Notes under the pieces: model-generated
What the model saw: only the letters and a program-made list of their open reading frames with translations
Told to the model about the DNA's origin: nothing
Database searches by the model: none
Shown: piece by piece, positions 40,540 to 51,975 of the stretch
Layout: each line of letters begins with the position of its first letter
Numbering within the stretch: the stretch's first letter is position 1
NCBI GenBank assembly: GCA_965205215.1
Contig: OZ242041.1
Coordinates: forward strand, 1,120,001-1,184,000
Length of the DNA stretch: 64,000 nucleotides
Source: Nitrosopumilus sp.
GTDB lineage: Archaea; Thermoproteota; Nitrososphaeria; Nitrososphaerales; Nitrosopumilaceae
Direction of reading: 5' to 3'
Program-made: the position numbers and the translations under genes

Positions 40540-42203
40540 GGCGCCCGTCCTTGCCCTCCGGTCAGTCCGCCGCATCGCCGCGTCCGCCTGACCCGCCGGC
40601 GGATCCCGAGCGCCTGCTTGGCACGGCAGTACGGCTTGGCGCCGACGAGTGCGAGGTCGTGCGCGCGGCCCGTCGCGTCACCACCATTCGGATCACGGAT
40701 TCCGCCGTGTCGGAGGCAAAGCAGATCTCAGACGATCAGTACGGCATACGGCTGGTGGCGCGAGGGCGCATTGCGTCGGCCTCGGTCCCCGCCGGCCACG
40801 GCCGGTTCTCTGAGGTTGTCGGGCGCATGATGCACGCGTCCGGAAGCATCCAGCGGCCCTGCAGGTTCTGGCGTGGGCTTGCAGAACCCGCATCGCGCGG
40901 GCGGCCGGGCGAGCTGCGCGGCACGTACGACGCGCGCCTTGACCGCATGACCTGTGGGGAGGCCGAGGATCTGGCAGAGCGCATGATTGTGGCCGCCTCG
41001 AACAAAAAAGTCGGGGCAATTACGGGCTCGCTCCACGTCGTATGCGAGACGTTCGAGGTGTCAAACACCCGCGGCCTGCACGATGTCGAGACGTCCACGT
41101 ACGTGGCGGGACTTGTAAATGCCGAGTCGGCCCTGCGCGCGGGCGGCGCGTCTGCGTCTGGCGCAGCGGCGCAGCAGCAGTCGCAGCAACAGCAGCCGCC
41201 GCCATACCCGACCGTCTCTGGAATCGGATACGGCAGCGCCAGGACGCTTGACGGCTTTGATCCGGAACGGGCCGGGGCCGACGCCCGCGAGATGTGTCTC
41301 CGCTCGGAAAATCCTGTCTCTGTAGACGGCGGCACGTACACGGTCGTATTCGAACCGTACTCGGTCGGCGAACTGCTGGCCTTTGTCGTGGCCCCGAACT
41401 TTGAGCTCAAGCGTGTCCTGGACGGACGCAGCTGCTTTTCGGGCAGCGCGGGCCGCCCCGTAGCATCCGAGATGCTCACCATACGAGATGATCCCCACGC
41501 GCCGGACGCCATCGGCTCGCATCGCATAGACGCGGAAGGCATGCCGACTGCAGGCCGCCCGCTTGTAGAACGCGGGGTGTTTGAGGAGACGTACTCTGAC
41601 CTCTTTGACTATTACAGGGCCGTTTATGATAACGATGACAATGATGACGACAGCGACACCAATCACGGTGGCGCCAACGGTAGCGCCGCGCCCGACGACC
41701 ATGATGCCGCAGATGAATCCTCTGCAGGTATATCTGGGTCTGACCCTGCGGCACGCGGCCCCGTCGGAGAAGATCGTGTATTGGCAGCTGCCAGGCCTGG
41801 AAACGCGACGCGCATGGCGGTCCCACTGGGCCGCGGCGCCGACCCGATACCGGTGTCCGCCCCGCACAACATGTCCGTATCCTCAGATGTGGAGCTGATC
41901 CCCCCTGATGAGATGATTCAGGATGTAAAAAGAGGGCTGCTGGTAGGCCGCCTCTGGTATACGTACGCGGTAAACCCGATAAGCGGTGACTTTTCGTGCA
42001 CGGCGCGCAGCGGGATCTTTCTCATAAGGGACGGGCGAATCGTATCCCCTGCAAGGCCTGTCCGCATCATGCACAGTCTTCCTGCACTGCTCTGCGATAT
42101 ATCTGGCATCGGCAACGACGCGCGCAACGTCGTGCAGTGGGCGTCACTGTCATCAGTCGCGCCGTCCCTGCGTGTCGAGAACGTCCCCGTGATTCGCATA
42201 TGA
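40536..42203 (+). CDS. TldD/PmbA family protein (PmbA/TldE-like, no HExxxH)
   Basis: 'D.EG.P....LVERG', 'GNA', 'NPISGDFS', 'PSLRV'. Confidence 0.88.
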   Translation: MRRPSLPSGQSAASPRPPDPPADPERLLGTAVRLGADECEVVRAARRVTTIRITDSAVSEAKQISDDQYGIRLVARGRIASASVPAGHGRFSEVVGRMMHASGSIQRPCRFWRGLAEPASRGRPGELRGTYDARLDRMTCGEAEDLAERMIVAASNKKVGAITGSLHVVCETFEVSNTRGLHDVETSTYVAGLVNAESALRAGGASASGAAAQQQSQQQQPPPYPTVSGIGYGSARTLDGFDPERAGADAREMCLRSENPVSVDGGTYTVVFEPYSVGELLAFVVAPNFELKRVLDGRSCFSGSAGRPVASEMLTIRDDPHAPDAIGSHRIDAEGMPTAGRPLVERGVFEETYSDLFDYYRAVYDNDDNDDDSDTNHGGANGSAAPDDHDAADESSAGISGSDPAARGPVGEDRVLAAARPGNATRMAVPLGRGADPIPVSAPHNMSVSSDVELIPPDEMIQDVKRGLLVGRLWYTYAVNPISGDFSCTARSGIFLIRDGRIVSPARPVRIMHSLPALLCDISGIGNDARNVVQWASLSSVAPSLRVENVPVIRI

Positions 42204-42396
42204 TGCGCGTCAGGCGGCCGAACTGACTACGGGCGACTGCTGACAAAGCCAGAATTGTCCCCAGACCGTACAGACTCTGATGAACCTGCCGACCTTCTAA
42301 AGTCCCAGCACGGCGTTTGCCAATACTCACGATGTTCTAGACACGTTCAGAAAGTCAACATACGCGCTACAATCCGTAGAAGACACATGCGTACAA

Positions 42397-42573
42397 TTAG
42401 CGATGATGAGTTCTGGCATTCGACATAAGCGGGGCTTGCTCATCTGCCTCTTTTACTGCCCTTACGCAGAAGCTTATGCCGTGACTCTTGCTTGCAAATC
42501 TGCCACGCTTTACTTCAGACTCGATCCACTTTAGCAAGTCTATGTCGATTGAGACGGCCGTCTTTGTCTTCAA
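42397..42573 (-). CDS. Ribbon-helix-helix (CopG/ParD-like) regulator
   Basis: 'KTKTAVSIDIDLLKWIESEVKRGRFASKSHGI'. TTG start ~27 bp after ATTTAA. Confidence 0.8.
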   Translation of the reverse strand: MKTKTAVSIDIDLLKWIESEVKRGRFASKSHGISFCVRAVKEADEQAPLMSNARTHHR

Positions 42574-42579
42574 TAGATT

Positions 42580-42626
42580 GGTATGACAGAGTATAACTGT
42601 TAAATTGGGTATAACTTTGTTATACC
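42580..42626. promoter_or_regulatory. Putative operator: perfect palindrome GGTATAAC-ttt-GTTATACC plus two half-sites flanking the RHH TATA box
   Basis: Palindrome at 42608-42626. Half-sites GGTATGAC (42580) and AGTATAAC (42590). Confidence 0.7.
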
Positions 42627-42782
42627 ATAGTGAGACGATGGTAGTATCTCGCATATGGCAGTACAACCTACACAGGATCCGCTTAGGGTCTTGCGATACA
42701 GGCCTGTCTTGTAGGCACGCCTGCAGGGGGATAGAACGTCCTCTGCTAGAAGTTACTGATATTGCTCAACCAAGTGACGTCT

Positions 42783-44324
42783 ATGGCTAGGCCAAACTGG
42801 AAGAACAGAACACTGTTGCATGGAGATAACCTAGAGTTTCTCAGGTCAATGAACAGCGAATCCGTGAACCTGATAGCAACTGACCCCCCCTTCAACAAGG
42901 GGCGCGATTTTCATGCGACACCCGACTCCATGGCCAATGGAGCATCGTTCCAAGACAGGTGGTCGTGGGACGTGGATGTCCACGAGTCATGGGTCGACAA
43001 GCTGCAGGACGACTTTCCAAAGGTCATGAACGTCATAAACGGAAGCCGCGAATCATACGGGGACGACATGGGTGCGTTCCTGTGCTTCATGGGGGTGCGC
43101 ATCATAGAGATGCACCGCATACTCAGGGAGACCGGGAGTATGTATCTCCACTGCGATCCAACGGCAAGCCACTATCTCAAGGAACTGATGGATTCCATAT
43201 TCGGTAGAGATAACTTCCGGAACGAGATCGTTTGGAAGCGCTCAATGGGGCCCAAAGGCAGTAACCACATGCCTAAGAAATTTGGAGCCATGCATGATGT
43301 CATCTTGTTCTATTGCAAAGATTACAGTGCGTGGGAATTTACAAATCCTTGGAAACCGTTATTGCAAGAAGAGATTGAATCAAAATTCCCGAATGTGGAC
43401 GAGATGGGCAGGCGTTGGAAAGATGATTCGGCCCATATTTGGGGCATACCATTTGATGCAAAACGTCCTAATTTATGCTACGAATGGAGAGGTTTTACGA
43501 ATCCTGACAATAAATGCTGGCGATTCATGAAAAGCCGTCTTGAGGAAGAATATCAAAAAGGCAATTTTGTAATCATAATGAAAAACGGCAAAAGAAAACT
43601 TCAGAGACGTATGTATGCCGATACGTATCGAGGTGAACGAATGGATGATTTTTGGGATGACATTCTAATCCCGTTAGGAAGGGAAAAAGTCGGTTACCCC
43701 ACCCAGAAGCCCCTCGCCCTCTACGAGCGGATCATTGGAACAAGCTCAAGCGAGGGGGACATCGTGCTCGATCCGTTCTGCGGCTGCGCCACCACGTGCG
43801 TGGCCGCCGAAAAACTGGACAGGCAGTGGGTCGGCATCGACATCTGGGACAAGGCGCACAAGGTGGTCATAGACCGGCTCCGAACGGAGGGATTCCTTGC
43901 GGGGCCGAAAGAACTGAGGCGGCAGGACCTGCTGATAACGAGAGGTGAAATCACGTATACTAAGAAACCACTCAAACGTACAGACGGGGGTTCAGAGGCA
44001 GTGCCGTTCTTAGAAACCAAGATGAAACAGTATGATGATCGTGAACGTGATCCACACAGTAATCAGAAGAAAAAATGCATATTGTTAGAACAGAACGGTT
44101 CATGTTGCCAGGGGTGCGGCATCGAACTACATGAAAGGTATCTTGAGCTGGATCACAAAGAGCCTAGGTCTGCAGGCGGTTCAAACCTACTTAGAAACAG
44201 GATTCTACTATGCGGCCCATGCAACAAACTAAAGAGAGACCTGCACACGATAGTGTGGCTTAGAAAAGAGAACAAGAAGCTAGGCTATATGATGAACGAG
44301 AAGGCACTAGTATCATTGAAGTAG
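42783..44324 (+). CDS. Beta-class amino-DNA methyltransferase fused to C-terminal HNH endonuclease
   Basis: Motif IV 'TDPPF', 'YPTQKP', motif I 'LDPFCGCATT'. C-terminal CQGC..'LELDH..P...GG.N...N..LLC..CN..K'. Confidence 0.92.
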   Translation: MARPNWKNRTLLHGDNLEFLRSMNSESVNLIATDPPFNKGRDFHATPDSMANGASFQDRWSWDVDVHESWVDKLQDDFPKVMNVINGSRESYGDDMGAFLCFMGVRIIEMHRILRETGSMYLHCDPTASHYLKELMDSIFGRDNFRNEIVWKRSMGPKGSNHMPKKFGAMHDVILFYCKDYSAWEFTNPWKPLLQEEIESKFPNVDEMGRRWKDDSAHIWGIPFDAKRPNLCYEWRGFTNPDNKCWRFMKSRLEEEYQKGNFVIIMKNGKRKLQRRMYADTYRGERMDDFWDDILIPLGREKVGYPTQKPLALYERIIGTSSSEGDIVLDPFCGCATTCVAAEKLDRQWVGIDIWDKAHKVVIDRLRTEGFLAGPKELRRQDLLITRGEITYTKKPLKRTDGGSEAVPFLETKMKQYDDRERDPHSNQKKKCILLEQNGSCCQGCGIELHERYLELDHKEPRSAGGSNLLRNRILLCGPCNKLKRDLHTIVWLRKENKKLGYMMNEKALVSLK

Positions 44325-44352
44325 GGAATAGATGTGCCAAGTACGCTTGAAG

Positions 44353-44500
44353 ATGAAGGTATTCAAACCGGCGGTATCTGGCCCATATCTTGGTCGGCAT
44401 CGTTGGCGGCATTATCGTGTTCTTTGCACTGCGGGGGGACGCGCCGCACACGTCCAAGTACCATCTCACTGCTTGTCGGCATTATCTCATAGGTCATACA
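44353..44500 (+). pseudogene. Degraded small membrane-protein gene
   Basis: 'RYLAHILVGIVGGIIVFFALRGDAP' lacks an in-frame start and has frameshifts. It resembles thaumarchaeal 'WYL.PI..G.IGG.I..F.L..DDP' proteins as I recall them. Confidence 0.35.
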
Positions 44501-44595
44501 CGCGCCGACTCTTCATGCAATAGATCCCTGTCGTAATTGGCCTCCTGGACTGCCATGATTTCAAAGTTATAAGACCCCGCGTGCGGATCAACGCC

Positions 44596-45714
44596 ATGAG
44601 AAACATAATGATCATGACGGCCGCCATTGCAGTGGCGGCGGTGGCTCTGTTGGCTGCGGGGACGGCACAGGCGCAGGCGCCACCGAGTATCCTGAGCATA
44701 ACATACATTGAGATGGGCGGGTCCGGAGACGCGACACTGATTCAGGCACCAGACGGCTCAAACATACTAGTGGACGCAGGCGACAGGTTCAAGTCAAGAT
44801 ATCAGGAGGTCAAAAGCGTCTTGGAGCAGAACAACGTGGACGTAATCGATCTGGCAATAGCCACGCATGGGGATGCAGACCACGTGGGTGGATTTAACCA
44901 CCTGCTGGAAGACCGCGATTACACGGTAAACGAGATATGGTTTATGGATACGGAAAAGACGACGGCCACGGTAGGGAAGTTTCTAACACTATCGGCAGGC
45001 ATAAGAACCCACGTAAGCGCAGGGCAGACAGAGAGCTTTGACGGCATGACAATCGAGGTTCTCAGTCCACCAACGCAAGGCATAGGAGGTGATGAGAACG
45101 CAAACTCAATTGTGTCGCTGCTGGAGTATGGGGATCTGGAGTTTCTGTTCACAGGAGATGCCACGGAAGCCACAGAATCATGGCTTGTCAACAACGTTCC
45201 AAGCGACAAGCTGGACATAGACATCATGAACGCGCCGCACCACGGCTCAATCAAGACATCCAACACGCAGGCGTTCATTACGGCTACGTCACCGGAACTG
45301 GTAATATTCTCTGCAGACGAAGACAATCGATACGGCCATCCGCACCAAGAAACCCTGGACAGGTATGCGTCAAACGACGTAGTTCAATTACAAACAGGGC
45401 GCGACGGGCACGTCAACATACGGACAGACGGCACAAAATGCTCAATACTGTTTACAGACGGTACGGAGATTGCATGTTTTGAGGGCGTGCCAAGACTGTC
45501 AGATGTGACACCAAACTCGGGCAATCGGGATTCGCCGCAACAGCCGCCCGGGAATGCGGAACCGCAGGAGACGGGCGCTATGGAACGCGACATTCCCGAC
45601 TGGGTACGACAGACCGCCGAATGGTGGGTTCAGGGACTGATACCTGATGAGGTGTACATTCAGTCCCTCGAGTATCTGATCAAAGTAGGAATAATCAACG
45701 TTGGTACATCGTGA
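44596..45714 (+). CDS. Secreted ComEC/Rec2-like metallo-beta-lactamase-fold hydrolase with thaumarchaeal C-terminal domain
   Basis: Signal peptide, 'G.GDA.LI', 'THGDADHVGG', 'LFTGDA', 'PHHGS', 'NRYGHPH', 'IPDWVRQTAEWW'. Confidence 0.9.
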   Translation: MRNIMIMTAAIAVAAVALLAAGTAQAQAPPSILSITYIEMGGSGDATLIQAPDGSNILVDAGDRFKSRYQEVKSVLEQNNVDVIDLAIATHGDADHVGGFNHLLEDRDYTVNEIWFMDTEKTTATVGKFLTLSAGIRTHVSAGQTESFDGMTIEVLSPPTQGIGGDENANSIVSLLEYGDLEFLFTGDATEATESWLVNNVPSDKLDIDIMNAPHHGSIKTSNTQAFITATSPELVIFSADEDNRYGHPHQETLDRYASNDVVQLQTGRDGHVNIRTDGTKCSILFTDGTEIACFEGVPRLSDVTPNSGNRDSPQQPPGNAEPQETGAMERDIPDWVRQTAEWWVQGLIPDEVYIQSLEYLIKVGIINVGTS

Positions 45715-46080
45715 TCGTGTGGACTAATTTACGTCTGAAATCTGTACTGACAGGTGGGCATGAATCTTCCGTGGGTCTGAGCGCATGTTCGTGATCCGCC
45801 AGACGCGCCCGGTGCATTGCGGGGCGGGTGTTTGGCGCCTGCCGTGAAATGATGGCTGGGGGTGTTCCTAGCGATCGCATGCTGTCCACAAGCGACGTTA
45901 TCCCATCTCTCCTATCCTCCCCCTCCAGAAATCATACGCCGCTGCCCCTAATCTGAACGCCTGTGGTGTGGGGGGGGGGGAGTGTAAATAGGTGACAAGA
46001 GCAGAGTGAGCGAGGGAAAGAACCGTATGCGATAGAGTGTGACTGGTGGCGCCCATTTTCGTCTGCAAGCGCGCCGTCGG

Positions 46081-47079
46081 CTACCTCAGGAGCGACATCC
46101 CGAGGTATGCGACGTATCCCGCGACCAGACATATGCCGACTGACCTGTTGATTATGTTTGTCTTTATCGCGACCAAAAGCGACGCCCCGAATGCCAGCAT
46201 TATGCCGTAATCCAGATAGACGTCCTGCGATATCGAGACGCCCCCGAGGACTGCCCCGACCCCCATTATCATGAGCACGTTGTAGATGTTGCTCCCGATT
46301 ATGTTGCCCACGCCTATGTCGTGACGGCCCCTCCGGATCGCCATTATGGACGTGATCAGCTCGGGCAGCGAGGTGCCTATTGCCACCACAGTCAGGCCTA
46401 TGACCTTTTGCGAGAGCCCGAACGCCTCTGCCAGTATGACCGCGTGGTCGACTGTCAGGATTGCCCCCACGTACAAGAGCGCGATTCCTGCGCCCAGCAT
46501 GCCGACATTTTTTGCATAGAACCTGCCTCCTGACTGCCGCAGGACTGACTCTGACGCGGCGTTGCCATTGCCATCGGTGCCGGACTCCGCGGCCGCCGTC
46601 CCGCCTGCCGCGCCCCGCGCCCTCTGCCCCGAGATCATCCTCACGGTGCGAAACGTGACTATGCCAAGGCCGCCAAGCAGGGCCAGTCCGTCATACGTGG
46701 ATATGCTGCCGTCCATTGACAGCGCGACTAGCAGCGCCGACACGGCAATCATGATCGGTATCTCCCTGCGCAGGACGCTTCTCCCTATCGCAAGGGGCAA
46801 GAGTATGGCCGACGCCCCGATTACCATCCCGATGTTGGCGATGTTGCTTCCCACGACGTTTCCAAGTATTATGGCGCTGTGCTGTCCCGCGGCAGCTATG
46901 CTGGCTGCCAGCTCGGGCGTGGACGTGCCGTAAGCGACTACGGTCATGCCGATTACAAAGCTGCTTATGCGAAGGCGCCTGGCAATGTTCTCGCCTCCGC
47001 CTACCAGCCAGTTGCCGCCAAAACAGAGCAGGGCCAGCCCCGCCGCCACGAGAGCGGCGCTGGCCAAGACCTCTTCCAT
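46081..47079 (-). CDS. Calcium/sodium antiporter (CaCA family)
   Basis: Alpha repeats 'GTSTPEL..GNVVGSNIAN' and 'GTSLPEL..GNIIGSNIYN'. Confidence 0.95.
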   Translation of the reverse strand: MEEVLASAALVAAGLALLCFGGNWLVGGGENIARRLRISSFVIGMTVVAYGTSTPELAASIAAAGQHSAIILGNVVGSNIANIGMVIGASAILLPLAIGRSVLRREIPIMIAVSALLVALSMDGSISTYDGLALLGGLGIVTFRTVRMISGQRARGAAGGTAAAESGTDGNGNAASESVLRQSGGRFYAKNVGMLGAGIALLYVGAILTVDHAVILAEAFGLSQKVIGLTVVAIGTSLPELITSIMAIRRGRHDIGVGNIIGSNIYNVLMIMGVGAVLGGVSISQDVYLDYGIMLAFGASLLVAIKTNIINRSVGICLVAGYVAYLGMSLLR

Positions 47080-47327
47080 GCCTGTAGGGCACGAGTGCTA
47101 TGTTTAAAGGAGATGATCATAGGACATGGCGGCAGCAGCGGCAGCCGGCGCTGGCGCCCAAACGCGCGCCGCAAGCGCGGCCCGATGGCGCGGGCCTGCC
47201 CCGAATGTGACTCCCCCGCGCCCTTTCCCTCAGACGCGACTGCCAAAGGTAATTAACACGCATGACGCGGCGCGTTGCTGTGGATGCATGTGAAACAATT
47301 TATCAGGCGCGGCTCGCGCACGGAGTC

Positions 47328-48447
47328 ATGACTCGGCACGCGGCGGCATGCGGGCGCTTGCAGCGCGCCAAGTGGGGGCCGATGTGAAACGGCCACCACG
47401 TACAAGTCGGCCGGGGTCGACATTGCGTCGATCAAGAAGAGCCAGAACCGAATAGGCCGCATAATAGCCGACACGCACCGGGCGCAGGATGCGGTCCGGG
47501 TGGAGCACGGGTTCGGGCACTATGCCGGGATCGTCAGGATCGGCGGCGGGGGCGCGCGCATAGCGACCCATACGGACGGAGTCGGAACAAAGGTGATGGT
47601 CGCAAACGCGCTGAGGAGGTACGACACGGTCGGGATAGACTGCGTGGCCATGAACGTCAACGACGTGATATGCACGGGCGCCATTCCGATATCTTTTGTA
47701 AACTATATCGCGGCGAACCGGAACGACGAGTCCAAGTTCGCCGAGATTGCCCGGGGGCTTGCCAGGGGGGCAAGAAGGGGGACCGTGCCCATAGTCGGCG
47801 GCGAGACTGCGGTGATGCCGGGGCTGTTTGGGGGCGGCGGCAGCGGCAGAAAATTCGAGTTCGACCTTGCCGGCACGGTGGTCGGGCTCCTGCCCCAGTC
47901 AAAGAGGGACACTGCGGGGATCCTTGGCGGCCGCATCGCCAGGGGCGACGTCATAATTGGCGCCCACAGCACGGGGCTGCACTCAAACGGGTATACGCTT
48001 GCAAGAAAGGCGCTCGGCGACACGTCCCTCCGCTCAAAGCTGTATCGGGGAGGGCCCACCGTAGGAGATGCACTGCTGGAGCCTACTGAGATCTACGTCA
48101 AGCCCGTGCTGGACCTGATACGGGACGCCAAGATCGAGATACACGGCCTTGCCCACATCACGGGGGGCTCCTTTACCAAGCTGACTAGGCTCAAGCGCAT
48201 AGGGTTTGAGATCGACGATCTGCCCCCCATGCCGAGGATAATGCAGCTTGTGATGGAGCGCGGCCGCATATCCGTGAGCGAGATGTACCGCACCTTTAAC
48301 ATGGGCGTGGGGTTCTGCGTGGTGGCCCCGGAGGACTCGGCCCCTGCCATCACAAGGGCGTTTTCAAGATACCGCATACGCTCAAGGCGCATAGGCCGCG
48401 TTACGGCAAACGCCGGAGTCACGGTCGGGTCTACACGCATCGCGTGA
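47328..48447 (+). CDS. purM: Phosphoribosylaminoimidazole (AIR) synthetase with an apparent 5' frameshift
   Basis: 'TYKSAGVDI' (47398), 'TDGVGTK', 'DCVAMNVND', 'GGETA.MP', 'GLHSNG', 'AHITGG', 'TFNMGVG'. No in-frame ATG/GTG/TTG before the conserved N-terminus. Confidence 0.9.
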
Positions 48448-48699
48448 CATCGGCCTGGCCGGACGCATTGGGCTGATTCGACGGCGCGGCGCTGCCTGCA
48501 TATGTGGACGCTCGGACGCGTACGGTGGAGCCGTTCGTGCCTGCAGGGGCGCCCGCAGGTACCGGTGCGTCTGGGTGGAGAGCTGCCGGCGCCATGCGGT
48601 GACAACTGCCGGCGCCACGCGGAATACGGGTCTGCGCGCGTGCTCCGGGGCGGCGGGACGGCGTGGCCGTATATATTGCACGCTGGGTACGCGATCTGC

Positions 48700-49977
48700 A
48701 TGGCAGCCGAGGCGGGCTTTATCGAGATTATCATTGCAGTGGGGATCCTGCTGTTTGCCGCAAAGCTGATGGCGGAGCTGTTCCTGCGTCTAAAGCTGCC
48801 GATCGTACTGGGCGAGCTTCTCGCTGGCATGATCGTGGGGCCCTTTGCGCTCGGCTCGTTTCTCATCATAGACGGCTCGAAACTGCTGGAGATAGGGCCC
48901 GAGCTGAAGCTGCTCGGCGAGATTGGCGCAATCGTGATACTGTTCATGGCGGGCCTAGAGATGACGCCGCGGGAGTTTCTGCGCGGCGGCAAGGCATCCT
49001 TTACGGTCGGGACGCTCGGCGTAGTCGTCCCGTTCTTTGCGGGGCTGATGGTCTTCCAGTGGTTCGGGTTCGACGCGCTCCAGTCCATGATGATCGCGAC
49101 CGCGCTGACCGCGACGAGCATAGCGATATCCGTCCAGGTGCTCAACGAGCTTGGCAAGATAAAGTCGCCGGAGGCGCGGCTGATAATAGGGGCCGCAATC
49201 GTGGACGACATACTTGCAATCGCGGTGCTCTCGGTGGTGACGTCGATTGCAGGCAGCGCAGACGGGCTTGAGAGCCTCGACGTTACGGAGGTGACGATAA
49301 CCATACTGCAGGTGCTCGGGTTCTTCGCGGCCATGCTGATAACCTCGGTGGTCATAATGCCCCGCCTGATGTCCACCCGGTTCTGGAAGGCCGAGGGCAG
49401 CGTGGAGGGCATAGCCACGGCGTCGTTCTTCGGGGCCGCCGCGTTTGCCGGCTCCATAGGGCTGTCTCCCATAGTGGGGGCCTTTGCAGTCGGCATGGCG
49501 CTGTCCACCACGAAGATCTTCAAGGTGGTCGGGCTGTACACGCAGAAGATTGCGCTGATATTTGCGCCGCTGTTCTTTGCCATAATAGGGGCCCAGGTGG
49601 ACTTTAGGTCGGTTGACGCGACCGTGCTGATGCTCAGCGGGGTCATAATGGTGATTGCAATCTCCACAAAGCTGTTCGGATGCGGCATTCCGGCGATGCT
49701 GTTCCTGAAGAGCCGGATGCGCGGGATGCGCGTCGGGGTCGGGATGGTCTCCAGGGGAGAGGTGGGGCTCATCGTGGCCGGCGTCGGCGTGGGCGCCGGG
49801 ATACTGACGTCGGAGGTGTACTCGACTGTCGTGATCATGGTCGCGCTCACCACCATAATCACGCCGATATGGCTCAAGATGCTGTACAAGAACGAACCCG
49901 CCTCGGAGCCCGGACAGGCGCCCGAGTCCGGGGAGGACGGGGAGGAAGGCCCCGGAGAGGAGAGGGTGGTGTTCTAG
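48700..49977 (+). CDS. Cation:proton antiporter (CPA2/NapA-like)
   Basis: 'LFMAGLE', 'ATSIAI', 'AAIVDD', 'GMVSRGEVGL'. Confidence 0.93.
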   Translation: MAAEAGFIEIIIAVGILLFAAKLMAELFLRLKLPIVLGELLAGMIVGPFALGSFLIIDGSKLLEIGPELKLLGEIGAIVILFMAGLEMTPREFLRGGKASFTVGTLGVVVPFFAGLMVFQWFGFDALQSMMIATALTATSIAISVQVLNELGKIKSPEARLIIGAAIVDDILAIAVLSVVTSIAGSADGLESLDVTEVTITILQVLGFFAAMLITSVVIMPRLMSTRFWKAEGSVEGIATASFFGAAAFAGSIGLSPIVGAFAVGMALSTTKIFKVVGLYTQKIALIFAPLFFAIIGAQVDFRSVDATVLMLSGVIMVIAISTKLFGCGIPAMLFLKSRMRGMRVGVGMVSRGEVGLIVAGVGVGAGILTSEVYSTVVIMVALTTIITPIWLKMLYKNEPASEPGQAPESGEDGEEGPGEERVVF

Positions 49978-50048
49978 ATGCGGGAACCGACTTCCGCCGG
50001 GGGGCCGCTGCATGTGACTTGCCGCCAAGCCTGGTGCGGTGCCGAGAC

Positions 50049-51902
<1,854 letters not shown>

Positions 51903-51975
51903 TGGTGGCGACGTTGGTGGTGACGGTGACTATGATGCTGGCAGTTGCGACGCCTGGTACGCGGGCGGTGCTGCC

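Noticed and set aside
29484-45980. G10-G11 homopolymers (29484 and 45970, also 7857) as phase-variation switches
   Set aside because: All are intergenic and not clearly between promoter elements. No evidence without read data.
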